Source: Eledone cirrhosa (lineage: Eukaryota). Taken from it: a DNA stretch of 64,000 nucleotides. Where the stretch lies: NCBI GenBank assembly GCA_964016885.1, contig OZ024742.1:282410001-282474000 (forward strand). The letters run 5' to 3'. Positions 56,130 to 64,000 of this stretch are shown here, piece after piece (within the stretch, counting starts at the first letter, position 1; each line of letters opens with the position of its first letter). The notes beneath the pieces were generated by a model, which saw only the letters and a list, made by a program, of their open reading frames with translations, did not search any database and was not told the origin of the DNA. The position numbers were made by a program, and so were the translations under genes.

Positions 56130-56201
<72 letters not shown>

Positions 56202-56620
56202 TTGCTAATCTCCCCGTCCTTTGGACGTTTCAAGTAGCTTTCGATTTAGCTCATTAAACTAAACAAAGTAAATTTGAATACATAGAAGAAAAACGTACTT
56301 TATGTAGACATGAAAACCTTAGGCACTATTCCAGCGAAATAATTAATATGTGAGCTCGGTGTCTGATTTTGACAACAGTAAAAGCGCATCATGAAATAGA
56401 GAAGTGAAGTGAATAATAGACACTATTATCTACAAAGCATAATATCGTAAAAGTTATGACATCACTTAATGTATGAACATCAAGGAAGCGTACCTTTTGT
56501 TTCAAGTCCAAAGAGTAAATTTAAATCCGAATGAGCCGAATTACGAAAGATAACTCTTGTCTTACTTAAAGATAACTCTTGTCTTACTTAATCACGAAAA
56601 TTCAAACAAATAAGCGAAAC

Positions 56621-56703
56621 CTTTTTTAATGTCTCCAAAGGCCCCAATATCGATTTTTGAAAGCCTTTGTAGATCATGTACAGGTTCTGTGCAAGGAGAA
56701 GCT
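56621..56703 (-). CDS. Candidate host-gene exon
   Basis: tttttacag acceptor; (E)LLLAQNLYMIYKGFQKSILGPLETLKK; weak gtttcg donor; phase-compatible with 61424. Confidence 0.3.
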
Positions 56704-56822
56704 CTGTAAAAAATCTCAAAGAAATTGCATGAATGGTTTAGAATAAATGAGCCCTCATTAAAAATTGTCCACATACATACAGAAAACTACAGCCTTATAT
56801 ATATACAGATATATATATACAG

Positions 56823-56908
<86 letters not shown>

Positions 56909-57770
56909 GTTGGGCACTAACTTATTACTATATATATAGTTTTATATATATATATATTTGATCAGTAATATTACAGAACTCATTAGCAATTTTATTAGTC
57001 CTGCTAACCCTTATTCTCACACTCATATATACACTCTTTCAAACACACACACATCCACACACACACACACACATCCACACACACACTCACACATACCCAC
57101 ATACACTCACCCGCACACACATACATACATACACACACACATACACACCCCCATACAAACACACCCTCTCTCACACAGACACACATGCAATCTATTGAAT
57201 CGTTTAGATTTCATTCCAATAAATAATTGAAGTGGATGAATGGTAGGTTAGATGAATGATTTGATAGTTTATTTGAAAGAATTAGAGTGGAGATGAATTG
57301 CAATGACATATTAAAGCATGGTGGGTGGTTGAGAATTTGGAAATATTCTTACTTACTATACGTAAGCAATATGTTCTTTAATTGTTTATTTATATCATTG
57401 ATTTGCTATTCTTAAATTAAAAATATAATCTCCATTTCTTTTCATAATATAAAAACTACTTTGATTTGATATCGATTGATTTGCTGTCTCCGTATAGATT
57501 ATTTCAAAATTTAATTTCAAACGTGTTTATTGCTATAAGGAGGTCATAAACAATCGTCACTTCAGAAGATATGTCAATATTAAAGAAGTTAAGTGTATTC
57601 AGTAATGAAATCATTGAAAGAACAAAAATATTCAATAATGTAAGTATATCATAATTGTTATTGTGAAATAATATCTAATATCACCTACATATCTGAATGC
57701 TTGCCGATGCATTATTGCCGAATTCAGATTTTTTATGTATAAAAAAATGAATCGTTATTTAAGATTTCGG

Positions 57771-57888
<118 letters not shown>

Positions 57889-58102
57889 CGTATGAATGTA
57901 GATATGTAGGTATGTGTGTATGTATATGTATGTTTGTATGTATGTATGTATGTGCATGTGTATATAGGTATGTATGTATGCATGTATGTATATATATGTG
58001 TACATGTATGTATGTTTGTGTGTATGTATATATGTATGTCTATATGTAGGTATTATGTGTATATGTATGCATGTATGTGTGTATGTATGTGTGTATGTAT
58101 TC

Positions 58103-58717
58103 ATCTGTCAGGTCACCAGTTGGTGCTACTGGTAACATGTATCCCAGTACAACCTGTCCCATGGTCGGGTCGTTGGCGACTAAACTGGCAACCCCACCAA
58201 GGTTTCTTGGTGAGGAGGGTGACTTTGGACATCCTGCAGGACTAAAAACAAAACCTGTCAAAGGGCAAAGGAGCTCTTAAGAGTCAATGGCCATCCAAAA
58301 TCACCGGGAGAGATGACCCCTTAGCCTTTGTCAAGGCATAATTCTAGGAGAAGGAAAACTCTGATATAACACCTGCAACCCTGATGGTATCCAATGATGT
58401 TGACTTGTTCTTCTTTTTGGTAAATATCATCTTGGTTAAGAGAGTGGGACTGGCTTTGTGCAGTGCCTTTGCTCACTATAAAAGCTTCACGGCACAGGCA
58501 TTGCTTTATATCTGGAGATCTCTCTGCACTTGTCGTCACATGGTACCATGGGCCCAGCACTATGTGTCAATAATTGTCACAGGTGTGGAGTGTTTGTACC
58601 AGAGTTTTCAAGTCGCTGGCTGGACTAAAAAGTCACACTCGTTCAGCGCATCGGTAGGGGTTCTCCTACATGGATATAAAGTAGTGGCCGTACTCGAAAA
58701 CGAGTTGGCAGCCACCA
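58103..58717 (+). mobile_element. Non-autonomous RTE-derived retroelement, longest copy
   Basis: 3' ~170 nt match the RTE 3' end at 5421-5590; 5' ~440 nt are non-coding; near-identical to 1634-2146. Confidence 0.75.
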
Positions 58718-59633
58718 TGTATTCATATATGGATGGATAAATGAATGCAGTGGTCAAAGGTTACTCGCACACACCAGCCAATAAAAAAAAAGGTTATTAC
58801 TTTCTTTCATTCGCTCACTCTACCCCTCTGGTATGCAGACCCCCCAGGTATTGCGAACCATTTGTTAACGTTACGACATTTCCCCCACATAGTATAGCAT
58901 TTTGTAGATCACTAATTATCGGTTATGAATCTGTGCATATGCAGGCAGGGTTCTTTACACGTGATGTAGTGAAGCCTGTGACTTAAACCTTCATCATATG
59001 CAAGGGATGTTGTGAATAGTAGATTAATGTAATGAGAAGAAATTCATGGACACTTTCAATGTCTTCGGGGTAAACATGTATATGACCATAATTTGGCGGA
59101 TAAATATGAATATTCAAGCCTAAATTTAAATATCAAAATGTCAAAGGTCCCTTAGATCATGCTTAAAAGATCCCTCTGTGATAACCGGGCATAAATCCCA
59201 GATTATCGTATACCTAGATTCACAAAATCAATTTCAATCACATGTTGGATAAGAGAACTTGAATATGTGTTTGTATGCATTTGAAAGTGTGTGTGCAGCA
59301 GGGCATTATGTGTGTTATTATGAGAGGATGCGATTGTACGAACTTAGAATTTCAATCTATAAATCTGTACACACATGCACACACACATACAAAGTCAGAC
59401 AGTGGTACGAACAACCACATGCACATAAACAATCACAAACACATATACATACAAATCTAATATTCATAACAACTTCTGCTTTTTCTTGTATGTTATGCAA
59501 AATATATATACATATACATACGTATATATATATATTTTTTTTTTTACATATATAAATACATATATATAAATATATATAAATATATATAAATATATATATA
59601 TATATATAAATACATATATATAAATATATATAA

Positions 59634-59689
<56 letters not shown>

Positions 59690-59693
59690 GTAC

Positions 59694-59729
<36 letters not shown>

Positions 59730-59732
59730 ATA

Positions 59733-59768
<36 letters not shown>

Positions 59769-60057
59769 GAGAGAGAGATTAGAAAGATATATGCATACAT
59801 ACATACATACATATATACATACATATATACATACATACATACATATATATATACATACATACATATATGAAGTTTAATGAATATATTCACATACAACACT
59901 AGCAAACACTTTCCATTCGAGCCTAGTTTACCTACCACGTAAATAAAATATATTTAAGCTTCAATTACACTATTATTTATTATTATAATTCTTATTATTA
60001 TTATTCCCACTTTTCCTTTAGGTTTTATGTACGTGTGTGTGTGTGTGTGTGTGTATG

Positions 60058-60090
<33 letters not shown>

Positions 60091-60207
60091 ATGTGTGTAT
60101 GTGTGTGTATGTGTGTGTATGTGTGTATGTATATATATATGTATAGATCTATATATATTTATTTATATATATATATAATGTATATATATATATGTATATA
60201 TATATAC

Positions 60208-60285
<78 letters not shown>

Positions 60286-60306
60286 TTATTTATATGTATA
60301 TATATA

Positions 60307-60350
<44 letters not shown>

Positions 60351-60485
60351 TATATATATATATAAATAAATATATATAGATCTATACATATATATATACA
60401 TACACACACATACACACATACACACATATATACACACATATATATGTATATATAGATATATATATAAATCTCTCTCTCTCTCTCT

Positions 60486-60595
<110 letters not shown>

Positions 60596-60905
60596 TGAGA
60601 GATTTATATATATCTATATATACATATATATGTGTGTATATATTTATATATAGTTTTTAATATTGATTTTCATCGTGTGTAAGGTGTAGGGGGGGTCTTT
60701 TTTTTCTTTCAGCTTTTGTTGCAAACTAATCTGGAATTGATATGAAGAATACATGTTTATATTTTCAAATTAAGTGTGAATGCAACAGATATAAATGAGT
60801 GAGTTATATTTACTTATGTACTGATAACATACACAAACAGACTTACACACACACATACTTACACACACACACACACATACACACACACACACATACATAT
60901 ATATT

Positions 60906-60938
<33 letters not shown>

Positions 60939-60959
60939 GTTTGCTTGTGCGTATATATA

Positions 60960-60998
<39 letters not shown>

Positions 60999-61254
60999 AT
61001 GACAAAGCGATTGGTTGATGAGAATAATATACAGATTGAGTACAATATATTGATTATGCAAGTAACGCAATTTTAGTGATGGCTCTTTTCAAAGGAAAAA
61101 AAAAACTTACATAATCGATGCCCATGTTAGAATTGATTATATTGATCCGAGAAGCCACTTGTTTATATAAATACATATATACATATATACATTCATACAA
61201 GCATTTATATACATAAATAAATACATACATATATATATACATAAATACAAATAC

Positions 61255-61377
<123 letters not shown>

Positions 61378-61423
61378 CACACACATAGACATATATTCCC
61401 TTAACGTAAAATCAATAAATTAC

Positions 61424-61514
61424 CGTTGAATTCCAGGTACAAATCCATTCGACTCCCTTCCAAAGAGTTTCCATCAGCTCAGTTTCTCTCACAAGACATC
61501 TGTTCGATCTGAGG
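61424..61514 (-). CDS. Candidate first coding exon (ATG at 61448: MDLYLEFN)
   Basis: tttactatag acceptor, G|gtaatt donor, in-frame upstream stop; joins in phase to 56703. Confidence 0.28.
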
Positions 61515-62328
61515 CTATAGTAAAATATACTTAACAAAGATGCCACTGGATGAGGAAGAAGAATGCCTACGTCCTCTTTTCTTTTTCTTCTACTTCCTTT
61601 ACTTTCATTCCATACTACCATAACGAAAATGTTATAAATTGTCATTTGAATAGATTAACTGTAATAACTCAATTCAGACATTTTGAGCCTCTATGCAGTC
61701 AACTTGATTTCAATGGTTACAAAAGACCTGCCAGCCCCTAAATTCCCAAACGGTGAGTACCATGAAAAATAGTGCCCTAAAATGGGGAGAAATTAGTCAA
61801 AATGGGAAAATTTTAGATAATGAAAGCTATACCCATTTTCACAAGAGAAGACATTCCACACCCATCTCAAAGTGAGTAGGAGATCTCTACGTTGGACGAA
61901 GAGAGTTGACAGGTCTGATACAATGTCGAACTGAAGATGACAATTATCAAGTTGACAGATCTGCTCGTATGGTTAAATTGTAAAGATTGCTTGATTGCCG
62001 AGATTCCTGATTTGCTAAAATGGCGGGATTGGCAAGATAAGTTAATACTAACGTGCCGAAATTTCCAAGAAGGTTGAATTGCAATGATGGGTGAATTCCT
62101 AAGATGGCTGAATTACTAAAAATATGGGATTGATTGCCAAAATGGCTCAAATACGAAGACGAATGAATTCTTAAGGTGGCGTGATTGGCAAGATAAGTTA
62201 CTACTACTACCATGCCTGACTTGCCAATATAGCCAAATAGTTAAGGTGACTCATTTAGCGAGTTTCCTAAACTGCCAGATTGGTGGGATTGCAAAGATGA
62301 ATGAGCTACCACCATACTTGAATTGCTA

Positions 62329-62490
62329 AGCAATATGACTGAATTGCCAATATGACTGAATTTCCTATATGATTGAATTGCCAATACAACTGAATTGCCA
62401 ATATGACTTAATTTCCAATATGATTGAATTGCCAATGCGACTGAATTGCCAATATGACTTAATTTCCAATATGACTGAATTGCCAATATA
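62329..62490. repeat. 17-bp minisatellite (gaattgccaatatgact), with decayed units from about 61960
   Basis: About 9 tandem units visible. Confidence 0.85.
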
Positions 62491-63484
62491 ATATCAGGTT
62501 TTGAATAATAGTTCTCCCCATCCCCCTAATATTTTTCAGATTTTGCCAATTCCACCGCTATTATTCCATCCCTCGGCTTATTAGATTTTCCTCATCTATC
62601 CCCGGCGAATTTTTATTGTAAGTGATTCATATCGCTACAGCAGCTGGAGAATCTAAGAATAATTTTATTCTACATAAAAAAAACATTATATATGACAAAG
62701 AAAGAACATTACAAGAAACCCCATACTTACGAACGTACACTATACAATCAGCGATGCTCCCCACCATTTACTCCAATCACCTCCTACTATTTGGGACCCG
62801 AGTGTAGCTGAATTACCAATATGGCTGGATTGCCAAGGCTTGGGTCGACCGAGATTAAAGGATTTTTGTTCAAGATGTTTGTACTGTGGGAGAAATGTAC
62901 ACGGCACCTCGTGACTGCAAAGAGATTTTCTTAACCACTTAGCCACGTCTACATTGATATTTCTTTCAATACATACTACCATAACTGAAACATCGCTGAA
63001 AAGGACATGTGTTTGGCTCGGGCAGCCAAACTGATAAAGTTAAAAGAATCCTGGACTGGCACAGCCATTCCACCCGAGCTGTTGGCAGAAACACAGAAAA
63101 ATCTTCTTGTGACGCTAAACTCCGTCAGTTGCAGACTGCGCATCAACATGAGATATTCTTCTCCACAAAGTTTGATCACCAGCAGCAGAGTTCAAAGAGC
63201 AAAGATCAAATCCAGTCCATAGGTTGACATTATCAAGTCATCATTTTGGCTGCTGTCCTCTGCTTATCTTACCAGCCAACCTTCCTTCCAGGCGCAACCT
63301 ACTCACATCAAGAGTTGATCTTTTTATATGACCGTATAGTTTCAGTACTCTTGACTTGACAATTGATGTGATTGGTCTAAGTTTGATAATGTTGAGCAGC
63401 TCAGTGATACAGATACGATCATTGAGCTACTTGCCAGTCATAAGTCTCATGATGTGGTTCTGGAATATAGAGAAATTCTCAAAG

Positions 63485-64000
63485 ATGGTTACGTGCAAAT
63501 ATATTTCCACAGAAACGAAACAGACGGAGCCAACAAATCAGGCAGAGGTAATAAGAGCACTGAAAGAAATAATGCCCGACGTACAACACATCGCCAGGTC
63601 AAGGCAGTTTGTGAGCATTTCAGTATTCTTTAAAAGCAAAGCTCTGGTTGTGAAACACTCCAAGATTCCCTGTCGGATCGAGAAGAATGTCTTGTGCACC
63701 TCTTATCTCGGAAAAACGAAGATGAGGGTGAACATTTCAGGAATACTACTAGAAGGAAACATCTGGTGGATATTGGAAACACCTTCCTGGGGGTGAAACA
63801 GTCATGAAGAGAGAACTTATCAGGGATCAGTGGGGTGTCACTGTTCTACATCAAACTGTACGACATCCACAAGATCCCAGTCCTCATTCGACTGGCAGAA
63901 GTGGACTCACATGCTTTAGTTAAGGTCAGTCGACCCCGTTGTCAACTGTGTGGGCAAAATGGGCATTTGACAGAGTTCTGCCCTGAACACAAGACAAGTA
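63485..64000 (+). mobile_element. LINE ORF1 remnant with CCHC zinc knuckle (Tx1/L1-like), runs off the window
   Basis: ...RVNISGI... then RPRCQLCGQNGHLTEFCP near 63930-63985; stops and frameshifts present. Confidence 0.6.

Larger units (their letters stand above)
53454..56135. mobile_element. Palindromic multimer of a 483-bp hammerhead-containing unit (retrozyme-like)
   Basis: Period 483 (ORF track repeats at 53614/54097/54580 and in mirror); left arm 53454-54808, inverted right arm 54809-56135; one HHR per unit; (TA)n on both sides. Confidence 0.9.

Noticed and set aside
53454-56135. CRISPR array or viroid-like ambisense RNA interpretation
   Set aside because: No unique spacers or cas genes; each unit has an HHR in only one polarity
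58105-58195. HDV-like ribozyme at the 5' end of the RTE-derived element (gtcg ttgg cgac taa actgg)
   Set aside because: Could not assemble P1/P3 of the nested double pseudoknot by eye; ccagt is better explained by the local hairpin. An Infernal search would settle it
62976-63227. Overlapping short ORFs, possibly a LINE endonuclease remnant (SSGGMAV)
   Set aside because: Too degenerate to assign

Overview
Repeat-saturated, AT-rich animal genomic DNA with long (TA)n, (CA)n, (TACA)n, (GGT)n and (CTT)n tracts. The tRNA-SINE and microsatellite landscape suggests a mollusc such as Octopus, but this is inference. Almost all ORFs in the track are microsatellite or antisense artefacts. Recognisable coding remnants belong to retroelements: a disrupted Penelope-like element (PLE; RT + GIY-YIG) at about 32.4-37.1 kb, a second GIY-YIG remnant, RTE-type and Tx1/L1-type LINE fragments, and an REL-endonuclease tail. 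The main hidden signal is RNA-level: about 30 type I hammerhead ribozyme (HHR) candidates can be read by eye (CUGANGA-stem II-GAAA-short or palindromic stem III-UH-stem I). They fall into many unrelated families and include U3:A8 compensatory and U4A core variants. Many lie in fold-back insertions within (TA)n, always head-to-head with 3' ends pointing outward. The clearest case is a 2.7-kb palindromic multimer of an apparently identical 483-bp HHR-bearing unit (53454-56135), which looks like a retrozyme-type circular RNA copied in both directions. A few weak minus-strand exon candidates suggest the window may be introns of a host gene. All structures were assigned by eye; nothing was computed or searched.
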